DNA from: Anaeromyxobacteraceae bacterium
GTDB lineage: Bacteria; Myxococcota; Myxococcia; Myxococcales; Anaeromyxobacteraceae
Direction of reading: 5' to 3'
NCBI GenBank assembly: GCA_047602405.1
Contig: JASGHJ010000001.1
Location: forward strand, 480,001 to 544,000
DNA: 64,000 nucleotides
Each line of letters starts with the position of its first letter. Position 1 is the stretch's first letter. The notes below the pieces were generated by a model that saw only the letters and a program-made list of their open reading frames with translations, searched no databases and was not told the origin of the DNA. A program made the position numbers and the translations under genes. Below are positions 53,515 to 62,992 of this stretch, piece after piece.

Positions 53515-54837
53515 ATGCGCATCCTGCTCATCCACACGCAGCACGCGATCCAGCGGCTCGGCACCGGGGTGTACGGCAAGTACCTGCGCTACGCGCCGAT
53601 CACCATGCCGACCCTGGCCGCGCTCGTGCCGCCGGAGCTGGGCGCCGAGGTGCGGGTGGTGGACGAGATGGTCGAGGCGGTCGACCTCGACGCGAAGGCC
53701 GACCTCGTCGGCCTCACCGCGATCACGAGCGCCGCCCCGCGCGCGTACGAGCTCGCGCGCCACTTCCGCGCCCGCGGCGCGAAGGTGGTGCTGGGCGGCG
53801 TCCACGCGACGCTCATGCCGGACGAGGCGTCCGAGCACGTGGACGTGGTGGTCCAAGGCTACGCCGAGGAGACCTGGCCCCGGCTCCTGCGCGACTTCCA
53901 CGCGGGCCGCCTCCAGCGCCGGTACGTCCACGACCGGAGCGTGCCGCTCGAGCGGATCGCCACGCCGGACCGCAGCCACATCAAGGCCTCGCGCTACGTC
54001 GCGTCGAACACCGTGGAGATGAGCCGCGGCTGCAACCGGCGCTGCCACTACTGCGTCACCCACCGGCTCAACGAGGGCTACGTCCGGCGCGACCCCGAGG
54101 CGGTGCTGAACGAGATCCGCCGGCTGCCGGGGCGCCTCGTCACCTTCCTCGACCCGAACGTCTTCGGCGACCACGCCCACGCCCGCGCGCTGTTCACGGG
54201 CCTCAAGGAGCTCGAGAAGCGCTGGGTCGGCTGCGTCACCGCCGACGTCGCGCGCCACCCCGAGCTCCTCGACCTCCTCGTGGAGAGCGGCGCGCGCGGC
54301 TTCCTCGTCGGCTTCGAGTCGCTCTCGCAGGAGGCCCTCGACGGCTCGAACAAGGCCTTCAACCACGTGGACGAGTACCTCTCGGCCATCGAGCGCTTCC
54401 ACGCGAAGGGCGTGATGGTGCAGGGGAGCTTCATGTTCGGCTTCGACGCCGACGACGCCGGCGTCTTCGACCGCACCGTGGACTTCATCCTGCGCGCGCG
54501 CATCGAGCTGCCGCAGTTCACGGTCTACACGCCCTTCCCCGGCACGCCGGCCTTCGACACCCTCGACGCCGCCGGCCGGATCCTGACCCGGGACTGGTCC
54601 CGCTACGACGGTCACCAGGTGGTCTTCCGGCCCGCGCGCATGACCCCGGCCGAGCTCGCCGATGGGGTGCGCCACGCCTGGCGCCGCGCCTACGCGCTCC
54701 CCTCGATCGCGCGGCGCCTCGCCTCGCCACCCTGGCGCTACAAGCCCGTCGCGCTCCTCTCCAACCTCAACTTCCGCCGCTTCATGCGCAGGGTCCACGC
54801 GCTGCCCGCCGCCGCCACGCCCGGCTTCTCCGGATGA
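53515..54837 (+). CDS. cobalamin-binding radical SAM protein
   Basis: VVLGGVHAT B12-binding region, SRGCNRRCHYC, GFES, TPFPGT. Confidence 0.88.
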   Translation: MRILLIHTQHAIQRLGTGVYGKYLRYAPITMPTLAALVPPELGAEVRVVDEMVEAVDLDAKADLVGLTAITSAAPRAYELARHFRARGAKVVLGGVHATLMPDEASEHVDVVVQGYAEETWPRLLRDFHAGRLQRRYVHDRSVPLERIATPDRSHIKASRYVASNTVEMSRGCNRRCHYCVTHRLNEGYVRRDPEAVLNEIRRLPGRLVTFLDPNVFGDHAHARALFTGLKELEKRWVGCVTADVARHPELLDLLVESGARGFLVGFESLSQEALDGSNKAFNHVDEYLSAIERFHAKGVMVQGSFMFGFDADDAGVFDRTVDFILRARIELPQFTVYTPFPGTPAFDTLDAAGRILTRDWSRYDGHQVVFRPARMTPAELADGVRHAWRRAYALPSIARRLASPPWRYKPVALLSNLNFRRFMRRVHALPAAATPGFSG

Positions 54838-54840
54838 CCC

Positions 54841-57057
54841 ATGGCCCGGCCCGCGCCCCACCTCCGCCGCCCGTCGCGCCGCGCGCTGCGGTGGCTGGCC
54901 TGGCAGCTCCACCGGCTCCACCGGCAGGCCGTGCGCCACCCGCGGGCCACGCTCCTCGCCGCGGGCCTCCTCGTCGCGGTGACCGCCGCCGGGCTGCCCC
55001 GCACGCGGGTCCACCTCTCCATCCGCGAGCTCGCCGATCCGGCGCTGCCCTCGCTCGCGTGGTCGTCCGCGGAGGAGGCCTCGTTCGGCGCCGGGTACCA
55101 GCTCGTCCTCTTCTTCGCCCCGCGACCGCCGCGGGAGCGCCTCGACGCCGCGGACCTCGCCGCCATCCGCGCGTGGGTGACGGCCGAGCGGGCCCGCAAC
55201 CCCGAGATCCTGCGCGCGGCGTCGCCGTTCGACGCCGTCCGGGCGGAGCGCGACGCGACCGGGCGGCTCCGGCTCGTCCCGGCGCTGGCCGCGGACACGC
55301 CGGAGGCGCTGCGCGCGCTCGCCGCCGGCCCCTGGGGCGGGCTCCTCACGGACCGCGAGGGGCGGGACGTGGCGGTCGACTTCACCCTGCGTGCCGCACC
55401 TGGCGGCTCGCGGTTCGGCCGGTTCGACCCGTCGGTGGTCGCGCCCATCGAGCGGCGCTGCCGGGACGAGCTCCTCGCCGCGCACCCCGGGGTCGCGCTG
55501 CACCTCGGCGGCACCGCCGCGTTCGATCACTTCGCCCTGCGCGGTCTCGCGCGCTTCCAGGTCCTCAACGCGGCGGTGCTGGTCCTGCTGATCGTCGTCA
55601 TGCGGGTGCTCTTCGGCACCTGGAGGAGCGGCCTCCTCCTCGCGGCCTCGATCCTGTTCGCCGGCCTCGTGGTCCAGGGCGCGATGGCGCTCGCCGGCGT
55701 GCCGATGGACCTCCTCTCCACCGGCCTCTTCCTCATGCTCTCGGTGGCCGGGGTGGAGGACTTCGTCTTCCTCTCCCACGAGCGCCTGGTGCACCGGACG
55801 CGCTGGCGCGCCGCGTTCCGCCGCCTGCTCCTGCCCGGCTTCCTCACCTCGGCCACCACCATCATCGGCTTCGGCAGCCTCTGCACCTCCGAGCTCCAGC
55901 TCGTGCGCAGGTTCGGGTTCTGGGGGGCCCTCGGCGCGGGGCTCGAGTGGGCGGCCACCTTCCTCGTGCTGCCCGCCCTGCTCGCGCTCGCGCCGCGCTG
56001 GCGCGACTGGACCGAGCCGGCGCGGGCCCTCGGCGCGGGCGCCTGGACGCGGGTCGCCGCCTGGCGGCTGCCGCGCCCGGTGGCGCTCGCCGCGCTCTCG
56101 GCGCTCGCCCTCGCGGCGGCGGCCTCGGGCCACCTCACCTACGCCGACTCCCCGGCCGGCATGTTCCCCGCCGGCCACCCGTTCCGCGCGGGGCTCGAGT
56201 ACGCGGAGGCGACGCGCGGCTGGGTGGGGCAGCTCGACCTGGTCTTCCCGGAGGACGCGAGCCACGCCGACGTGGAGCGGATGGCGTCGATGCTCGGGAA
56301 GGACCCGGCGGTGGCGCGGGTGGTGGACCCGGCCTCCTTGCAGCGCGACCTCACCGGCGGCGACCCGCTCGCGCTCTACGAGCTCGCGGCGGAGCGGGAG
56401 AAGGTCGGCGGGGCGGCGCAGACGTTCACCGCGGCCGATGGCCGGCTGCGCGCGTCGGTCCTCCTGCGCGAGGCCGACCTCCTCACGCTCCAGGGCCTGC
56501 GCGACCGCATCGCGGCCCTCTTCCCCGCGGGCGACGGCTTCCCCGCGGGCGACCTCGTGACCTACGCCGACGTCGGCAGCGCGGTGCCCCGCACGCTCCT
56601 CTTCAGCCTGCTCACGTGCCTCGCGCTCGTGGGGCTCCTCGTGGCCGGGCTCTTCCACGCCCTCGCGCGGCCGGGCGCGCCGTGGGCCGTGCTCGCCTCG
56701 TTCTGGGGGCCTTCGCTCGTGCTGCTGGCCCTGTGGGGCCTGCGGGTGCCCATCAACTTCGTGTCGGTCTCGTTCGCCTCGGTGCTGGTGGGGCTCACCG
56801 GCGACAACGCCGTGCAGTTCGCCTGCGCGTCCGGCACCGGCCGCGCCCCGCTCGCGCGCGGCATCGCCCGCCGCGCCGGGGCCGCCACGCTCGTGGTGGT
56901 GCTGATGGGGCTCGGCGCCCTCACCTTCCTCGGCTCGGCGTTCCTCCCGCCGCGGCTGCTCGGGCTCCTGCTCGCGGGCGGCCTCGTGGCGGCGCTCGTG
57001 GGCGACGTCTCGATCCTGGGGGCGCTGGTGCGACCGGGCCGCGGCGAGGATCGCTGA
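54841..57057 (+). CDS. MMPL/RND-family lipid transporter
   Basis: two TM bundles with AGVED and GLTGDNAV, TSATTIIGFGSL. Confidence 0.8.
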   Translation: MARPAPHLRRPSRRALRWLAWQLHRLHRQAVRHPRATLLAAGLLVAVTAAGLPRTRVHLSIRELADPALPSLAWSSAEEASFGAGYQLVLFFAPRPPRERLDAADLAAIRAWVTAERARNPEILRAASPFDAVRAERDATGRLRLVPALAADTPEALRALAAGPWGGLLTDREGRDVAVDFTLRAAPGGSRFGRFDPSVVAPIERRCRDELLAAHPGVALHLGGTAAFDHFALRGLARFQVLNAAVLVLLIVVMRVLFGTWRSGLLLAASILFAGLVVQGAMALAGVPMDLLSTGLFLMLSVAGVEDFVFLSHERLVHRTRWRAAFRRLLLPGFLTSATTIIGFGSLCTSELQLVRRFGFWGALGAGLEWAATFLVLPALLALAPRWRDWTEPARALGAGAWTRVAAWRLPRPVALAALSALALAAAASGHLTYADSPAGMFPAGHPFRAGLEYAEATRGWVGQLDLVFPEDASHADVERMASMLGKDPAVARVVDPASLQRDLTGGDPLALYELAAEREKVGGAAQTFTAADGRLRASVLLREADLLTLQGLRDRIAALFPAGDGFPAGDLVTYADVGSAVPRTLLFSLLTCLALVGLLVAGLFHALARPGAPWAVLASFWGPSLVLLALWGLRVPINFVSVSFASVLVGLTGDNAVQFACASGTGRAPLARGIARRAGAATLVVVLMGLGALTFLGSAFLPPRLLGLLLAGGLVAALVGDVSILGALVRPGRGEDR

Positions 57058-57065
57058 CGGGCGGG

Positions 57066-57932
57066 TCACTCCCGCTCGCACGCCCACGGCGCCCTGCGCC
57101 AGGCGCCGATGCTCTCCCGACGCGCGGGCTGCACGCAGGTCCGGCCGCGCTTCGTCTTCGCGGCCCGGTAGAGCCCGTCCTTCGGGAAGACGGCCTGGAA
57201 CGCCTCGGCGCTCGGGAAGATCCTCTCCCAGTTTCGCCGCCGGATCGTGCGCGCGGCGTCCACGGCGGTGACGATGCGGCCGCCGCGGACGCGCACCGCG
57301 AGCACCGGGTTGAGCGGCCGCGGGTCGCCGTCCACGGAGACGAGCACGTCGCCGTCGGGCAGGTGCAGGCGGTCCTCCACCGAGCGGATCAGCTCCCCGT
57401 GAGCGACCTCGCGGCTCCCTGCCGGCTGGTACCAGAGGACCCCGTCGCCGCGCTCCACGAAGTCGCCCTCGGGGCCGAGGCGCCGGAGGTCGAGCACGGC
57501 GTGGCGTGCCACGTCGTAGAGCACCCCCACCTCCACGTCCTCCTGGGGGCGCCCGCTCGTGCGGAGGAAGAGGAGCAGGCGCGCGCCGCCGACCGGGACC
57601 GCGTCCACGACCCCGCAGATCGGGCCGGGCTCCCACTCGCGCGGCAGCTTGCCGCGCGGGTCCAGCATCCACCAGGCGGCCGGGAACCGGCCGGGCCAGC
57701 GAGCCTGCACCGGCCTGCGCCCCCGCTGCTCGAAGGTGAGGAGCATGTCGTCCTCCTCCGGGAACCCGGTCGGCGACGGCAGCGTGAGCTGGAAGGTGCG
57801 GCCCGCGAACCTGCAGGTGTCCTCGTCCACGATGGTCGGGGCGGGGAGCGCGCCGTGCGGGCGGTAGTGCGGGCCCGGCTCGTGGGGGCCTGCCTGGGCG
57901 AGCGCGAGGGCGGTGAGCGCCGCGGCGAGCAC
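57066..57932 (-). CDS. hypothetical secreted protein
   Basis: GTG start, LAAALTALALAQ leader. Confidence 0.5.
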   Translation of the reverse strand: MLAAALTALALAQAGPHEPGPHYRPHGALPAPTIVDEDTCRFAGRTFQLTLPSPTGFPEEDDMLLTFEQRGRRPVQARWPGRFPAAWWMLDPRGKLPREWEPGPICGVVDAVPVGGARLLLFLRTSGRPQEDVEVGVLYDVARHAVLDLRRLGPEGDFVERGDGVLWYQPAGSREVAHGELIRSVEDRLHLPDGDVLVSVDGDPRPLNPVLAVRVRGGRIVTAVDAARTIRRRNWERIFPSAEAFQAVFPKDGLYRAAKTKRGRTCVQPARRESIGAWRRAPWACERE

Positions 57933-58217
57933 GGCGCGACCATAGCCCTTCGTGCAGGGCTCCGCACGAAACCGTACACACGCCCCGGCGGGCCTCACCC
58001 GGTCGTACGGCGGGCTTCACACGGCGTGACGACGCGCCGCGGCTCCCGGCGGCGTTCGACGCGGCGAGGCGTACGCGGACGTTCATTGCCTGAGAGTGAA
58101 TGAGCGCTTCGCGCCGCGCACCCGCCCCACCCGGCGAGCGCGTCGGCCGCCGCCCGCCCCTAGGAACGCCGCGCGGCCTCGGGTCGCGTCCAGCGACCGC
58201 GCCGCAAAGGGGGCACC

Positions 58218-59762
58218 ATGCACTTCAGGTGGATCGTCGCGACGGGCCTGCTCCTGGGCACGGGCGTGGAGGCGCGGGCGGGCGACACGGGCGGAGGGCT
58301 GTGGCTGTCCGCCGGGCAGGACCTCGGCAACACGCGGAACCAGGGGACGGAGCGCACCCTCTCCGTCGCCACCGTGGGCGGACTCCAGGTGAAGTGGGCG
58401 TTCACCACGGCCGGCGACGTCTCGGCGACCCCCTCGGTGGACGGCGCGCGGGTCTACTTCCCGGACTGGGCCGGGTGGCTCTACGCGGTGGACCGGCGCA
58501 CCGGCCAGGAGCTGTGGCGCGCGTCGATCCCGCAGGCGTCGGGCGTCCCCGGCGACAAGGCGCGGGCGTCGCCGCTCGTCGCCGGCGGCAAGGTGATCGT
58601 CGGCACGCAGGGGCCGTTCGGCGGCGGCGGGAAGCTCCTCGCCTTCGAGAAGGACACCGGCCTCCTGGTCTGGTCGACGGTCGTCGAGAACCACCCCGCC
58701 GCGATCATCACCCAGTCGGCGAGCGCGTTCGACGGGCGCGTCTACGTGGGGGTGGCCTCGCAGGAGGAGGCCCTCGCGGCGCAGGCCATCTCCGGCGGGT
58801 TCTACCCGTGCTGCAGCTTCCGGGGCAGCGTCGCCGCGGTCGACCTCGAGACGGGCGCGCTCCTGTGGAAGACGTACATGGTGCCCCCGGGCTACAGCGG
58901 CGGCGCGGTGTGGGGCAGCGCGCCCGCGATCGACGTGCGGCGCGGGCAGGTGTACATCGCGACGGGCAACAACTACACGGTCCCGCCGCCGGTCCAGGCG
59001 TGCGTCGCCGCGAACCCCTCCAGCCCGGGCGGCTGCATCGCGGCCGACGATCTCTTCGACTCGGTCGTGGCGCTCGATCTCCTCACCGGCGCGGTGCGGT
59101 GGGCGACCCGCGCCATCCCCTTCGACGCGTGGACGGTCGACTGCCTGCCGTTCTTCGGCGACGGTGACAACTGCCCGCAGCCCGCCGGACCCGACTACGA
59201 CTTCGGCCAGGCCCCCGCGCTCTTCACGACCCAGCGCGGCGCCCAGGTCGTCGGCGCCGGCCAGAAGAGCGGCCAGTACTGGGCGATGAGCCCGGACACG
59301 GGCCAGGTGCTCTGGGTGACGCAGGCCGGCCCCGGGGGCACCGCCGGCGGCCTGCAGTGGGGCTCCGCCGTCGACGGCCGCCGCGTCTACACGGCGAACG
59401 CCAACTCGAACCTCGTCCCCTGGACGCTGCCCGGCGGCGCCACGGTGGTCTCGGGCGTCTGGAGCGGGCTCGACGCCGCGACCGGGGCGATCCTCTGGCA
59501 GGCGGTGCCGCCGTTCGGCGGCGGGACCTCCGGCCCGGTCACGACCGCGAACGGCGTCGTGTTCGGGTGCTCGCTGGACGCCCTCGGCCACATGTACGCG
59601 CTCGACGGCGCCACGGGCGCGATCCTCTGGTCCTTCGCGAGCGGCGGCTCCTGCCTCTCCGGCGCCGCGATCTCGAACGGAGATCTGTTCTGGGGGTCCG
59701 GCTACAGCAACTTCGGCTTCGGGACCCCGAACCACAAGCTCTACGCCTTCACGGTCCGCTGA
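58218..59762 (+). CDS. PQQ-type beta-propeller protein (polyvinyl-alcohol dehydrogenase-like)
   Basis: repeated AxDxxTGxxxW motifs, CCSFRGS, GPDYDFG, GQKSG. Confidence 0.85.
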   Translation: MHFRWIVATGLLLGTGVEARAGDTGGGLWLSAGQDLGNTRNQGTERTLSVATVGGLQVKWAFTTAGDVSATPSVDGARVYFPDWAGWLYAVDRRTGQELWRASIPQASGVPGDKARASPLVAGGKVIVGTQGPFGGGGKLLAFEKDTGLLVWSTVVENHPAAIITQSASAFDGRVYVGVASQEEALAAQAISGGFYPCCSFRGSVAAVDLETGALLWKTYMVPPGYSGGAVWGSAPAIDVRRGQVYIATGNNYTVPPPVQACVAANPSSPGGCIAADDLFDSVVALDLLTGAVRWATRAIPFDAWTVDCLPFFGDGDNCPQPAGPDYDFGQAPALFTTQRGAQVVGAGQKSGQYWAMSPDTGQVLWVTQAGPGGTAGGLQWGSAVDGRRVYTANANSNLVPWTLPGGATVVSGVWSGLDAATGAILWQAVPPFGGGTSGPVTTANGVVFGCSLDALGHMYALDGATGAILWSFASGGSCLSGAAISNGDLFWGSGYSNFGFGTPNHKLYAFTVR

Positions 59763-59771
59763 CGCACGGTC

Positions 59772-59795
59772 GGCCCACGCCGGGTGGCGTGGGCC
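59772..59795. terminator. hairpin between convergent genes
   Basis: ggcccacgcc-gggt-ggcgtgggcc. Confidence 0.45.
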
Positions 59796-59803
59796 GGCCC
59801 GGT

Positions 59804-60805
59804 TCACAGGTGGGCGTTCGCCACCGGGAGCCAGCGCAGGCCCGGCGGGTTGTTGCCCGCGTAGTTGAGGAGCCCGAGCTGCACGCCCTCGAGGTGCGCG
59901 GCGTAGTTGAGGATGCCGATCGCCACGCCGCGCTGCTCGCCCAGGATCCGGTTGAAGGCGCTCACCGAGACGCCGGTCATCCTGCCCTGCGGCTCGACGT
60001 GCAGGTACGCGGGCGCGAGGAAGATCCCGGTGAGGTCGACGCCCCCGACCGCGAGCGCCGCCGCGACCCCGCGGATCCGCGGCGCGCCGAGCCCGAGCCC
60101 CGCCACCGCGATCCCGTCGAGGCCGCCGCCGGCCCCGAGCCCGAGCAGCGCGACGCCGATCCCGCGCAGGCTCCCGCCCGCGCCGGCGCCGAGGCCGCCC
60201 AAGAGGAGGCCGTTCACGTCGCCCCCGGTCCCGGCGCCGACGCCGCCCGCGAGGATGCCGTTCACGTCGCCGCCGGTGCCCGCGCCGACGAGGCCGAGCA
60301 CGGCCCCGGTGGCGCCGCCACCCGCGCCCACGCCGACGCCCGAGACGAAGATCCCGTTGAGCCGGCCGCCGGCGCCCACGCCGAGGAGGCCGAGGCCGAG
60401 GCCGTCGAAGTCGCCCGCGGTGCCGACGCCGAGGAGCCCGACGCCGAGGCCGCGCACCGTGCCCGCGCCGCCGAGCGGCAGCCCGAGGACGAGCCCGGTC
60501 ACCGCGCCGCCCTCGTCGGCGTGCTCGTCGTGGCCCGGGTACGGCGTCCAGACCGTCGCGCTCACGCCGTGGACGACGTACGGGGCGGCGTCCCGGAAGT
60601 TGAGGCGCAGCCCGTCGACGTGGCGGGTGTTGCCGATCCCGAGGCCGACGTCGTGGAAGGTGAGGTCGAGGCTCCAGGGCGCCGTCTCGGCGGTGGGCGC
60701 CGGCGCGGGGCCCGGGGGCGAGGGCTCCACGGCGGGCGCGGCGGCCGGAGCGGAGGCCTGCCCGGCGAGGGCGACGAGGACGAGGGGTGCGAGCGCGGGG
60801 TGCAT
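59804..60805 (-). CDS. secreted Gly-rich repeat protein (LA_2272-like surface repeats)
   Basis: signal peptide; ~15-aa G(V/L)GAGGx(L/V)xG repeats; GVQLGLLN end. Confidence 0.7.
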   Translation of the reverse strand: MHPALAPLVLVALAGQASAPAAAPAVEPSPPGPAPAPTAETAPWSLDLTFHDVGLGIGNTRHVDGLRLNFRDAAPYVVHGVSATVWTPYPGHDEHADEGGAVTGLVLGLPLGGAGTVRGLGVGLLGVGTAGDFDGLGLGLLGVGAGGRLNGIFVSGVGVGAGGGATGAVLGLVGAGTGGDVNGILAGGVGAGTGGDVNGLLLGGLGAGAGGSLRGIGVALLGLGAGGGLDGIAVAGLGLGAPRIRGVAAALAVGGVDLTGIFLAPAYLHVEPQGRMTGVSVSAFNRILGEQRGVAIGILNYAAHLEGVQLGLLNYAGNNPPGLRWLPVANAHL

Positions 60806-60908
60806 GTCGGCCGTCCTGGCGAGAGGGTATGGACACCCTACGCCAGGACGGCCGCGTTCTTTCACGCCCTCCGCATCGCCTGGGCGATGAGCTCGAGCTC
60901 GGTCCGCC

Positions 60909-61292
60909 TCACGCCTGCTCCGGGGCCGGGTGGTACACGCGCAGCCGGTGGCCGTCCGGGTCGAGGGCGACGAAGGTGTCGCCGAAGTCCATGCGCGTGG
61001 GCGCCTGGGCGATGCGGATCCCGCGGGCCCTCCAGGCCTCGTGGGTGGCGCGGACCTGGGCGGGCGCCGGCACCTTGAAGCAGAGCTCGACGCTGCCGGG
61101 TCCGCCGGCAGGCGAGGGCTCCACCGTGTGCCGCGACCAGAGGCCGAGCATCTGCCCCTCGCGCAGCGGGAACGTCACGAAGGTGGGGGAGGACTCGACG
61201 GGCTTCCTCCCGAGGAGCTCCTCGTAGAAGGCTCCGCTCGCGAGGGGGTCGGCGACGTACAGGAGGACGAAGTTCGGATCGAGTGGGGTCAT
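60909..61292 (-). CDS. VOC/glyoxalase-bleomycin resistance family protein
   Basis: LLYVADP..S..FY, MDFG.TF...DPDGHRLRV. Confidence 0.88.
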   Translation of the reverse strand: MTPLDPNFVLLYVADPLASGAFYEELLGRKPVESSPTFVTFPLREGQMLGLWSRHTVEPSPAGGPGSVELCFKVPAPAQVRATHEAWRARGIRIAQAPTRMDFGDTFVALDPDGHRLRVYHPAPEQA

Positions 61293-61315
61293 GCGAGGAA
61301 CCTAGGGCGGGCTCG

Positions 61316-61330
61316 TGACAGTTCCTGTCA
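61316..61330. promoter_or_regulatory. candidate YafY/WYL operator
   Basis: TGACAG-ttc-CTGTCA palindrome just upstream of the VOC gene. Confidence 0.6.
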
Positions 61331-61371
61331 GCAGCCGCACGCCCTGGCCGGGCACCGGGGCCCGGGCCCGC

Positions 61372-62055
61372 TCACGGCGCCGGGATGCCCTCGCGCTCGC
61401 GCCACTCCGCGAGCAGCACCTGCCGGCGGCGAGGGTAGCGGTCGTCCAGGGGCTCGATCTTGGCGATCCGGTCCACCCGGAAGGCCCGGAATCCCCGGCG
61501 CCGCTCGCACCAGGCCGCGACGACGCGGACCCGCTCGAAGTAGGCGAGCATGAAGGGCCAGATGGTCCGCTCGCTGCGCGCACCCTTCCCGTCCTCGTAC
61601 GCGATGAAGAGCTTCCGCTCCCCGCGGATCGCGGCGCGGACGACGGGCAGGTCCCGCTCGCCCGGCTCCACGTCGCCGGGCACGAGCAGCGCCGGGACGT
61701 CGATCCCGTCGCGCAGCTCGCCCGGCAGCACCGCCGCGATCTTCGCGAGCGCGTTCCGCGCCGCGTCGCCGAGCCGCGCGTCGGCGCGCTTCGCGACCCA
61801 CTGCCCGCCGAGCACGAGCGCCTCGAGCTCCTCCTCCGAGAGCATGAGCGGCGGCAGGAGGTAGCCGGGCTTCATCACGAACCCGAGCCCGGCCTCGCCG
61901 CGGATCGCGGCGCCCTGCGCCTGGAGCGTCGCGATGTCACGGTAGACGGTCCGCAAGGAGACCCGGAGCTCGGACGCGAGCGCGGCGCCGGTCACCGGCC
62001 GGCGGTGGCGCCGGAGGGCCTGCAGGAGCGAGAGGAGTCGCGAGGCGCGGGACAT
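61372..62055 (-). CDS. YafY-family HTH-WYL transcriptional regulator
   Basis: VSLRTVYRDI, LPPLML, AWCERR.GFR.FRVDRI. Confidence 0.92.
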   Translation of the reverse strand: MSRASRLLSLLQALRRHRRPVTGAALASELRVSLRTVYRDIATLQAQGAAIRGEAGLGFVMKPGYLLPPLMLSEEELEALVLGGQWVAKRADARLGDAARNALAKIAAVLPGELRDGIDVPALLVPGDVEPGERDLPVVRAAIRGERKLFIAYEDGKGARSERTIWPFMLAYFERVRVVAAWCERRRGFRAFRVDRIAKIEPLDDRYPRRRQVLLAEWREREGIPAP

Positions 62056-62100
62056 GGGATCCTGGAGGCCGTGTCGAGGACGGGCCGCTGCTCCCCCGGC

Positions 62101-62619
62101 TCACTCCCCCGCCCGCGAGTTGTCCCGGTCGCCGGCGCCGTCCACGGTCGCGGGGCCGGACACCGGCACCTCCGCCTCGCCCGCGAGGCCGGGGATGCCC
62201 TCGAGGCCCGTCGACACCCGGACGCTGCCCGAGAGCTCGAGCTCGAGCGCGAGGGTGATCCGTCCGGCCGTGTCGACCCCCGCCCTCGCGCCGCGGAGCA
62301 CCGCCCGCACCTGCCCGCGGGCGCCGGGGTCATCGAGCGCGATCGTGCACGCCTGGCCCGGCGCGAACGTGATCGCGCCTCCCTCGCGGACGCGGCCCTC
62401 GAGCGCGCACGCGTGCCCCCGCGCGGCGAGCCGCGCCGAGACGCCGCCCGGGCCGGGCCCGGGCCGGAGCACCACGTCGCCGCGGAGCTCGACGGTGCCG
62501 AGCACCGGCACGGAGGGCATGCGCACGGTGGCGCGCACGCGGTACGTGCCCGCGACCGCGTCTGCAGGGGGCGGCGGCGCGGCCAGCACCGCAGCGATCA
62601 CGAGGCCGAGGAAGGTCAC
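62101..62619 (-). CDS. hypothetical secreted protein
   Basis: signal-like N-terminus, beta-rich sequence. Confidence 0.5.
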   Translation of the reverse strand: MTFLGLVIAAVLAAPPPPADAVAGTYRVRATVRMPSVPVLGTVELRGDVVLRPGPGPGGVSARLAARGHACALEGRVREGGAITFAPGQACTIALDDPGARGQVRAVLRGARAGVDTAGRITLALELELSGSVRVSTGLEGIPGLAGEAEVPVSGPATVDGAGDRDNSRAGE

Positions 62620-62679
62620 GTCCCGGTTCTATCCCGCTCGCGGGGCGCCGGCAGCGACCCCGTCTGGTAAGCTCCGCGC

Positions 62680-62985
62680 ATGCGCCTCGCACGAACGCTG
62701 CTCGTCCTCGCCGCCCTGGTCGGGGCCTCCGCCCGCGCCGACGACGCGCCCACCGTGGTGCTGGAGGTGGGAGAGACGTGGTCGAGGCCCGGCAGCGGCG
62801 CCCGGTGCGACGACCTCTCCGTCGCCGACATCACCGTGAACGGCTTCACCATCACCGCGAGGAAGCCAGGCCGGACCATCTGCGGCTGGGCGGTGGGCCA
62901 CGCCGGCGGCGCGCGCACCTGGGTGAACGTGGTCGTCGTCGAGAAGGGGCAGAAGAAGGAGCAGGCCGAGCCGGGCAAGAAGTGA
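62680..62985 (+). CDS. small hypothetical secreted protein
   Basis: signal peptide ending ARA; two Cys. Confidence 0.55.
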   Translation: MRLARTLLVLAALVGASARADDAPTVVLEVGETWSRPGSGARCDDLSVADITVNGFTITARKPGRTICGWAVGHAGGARTWVNVVVVEKGQKKEQAEPGKK

Positions 62986-62992
62986 GCGGCGC

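Noticed and set aside
52998..58103. Very long ORFs of 1701 and 1676 aa, and similar Arg/Pro/Gly-rich ORFs throughout the window
   Set aside because: Off-frame or antisense shadows of real high-GC genes, with no domain signal.
59990..60500. DNA repeat array or mobile element
   Set aside because: The periodicity is explained by Gly-rich protein repeats within a CDS.
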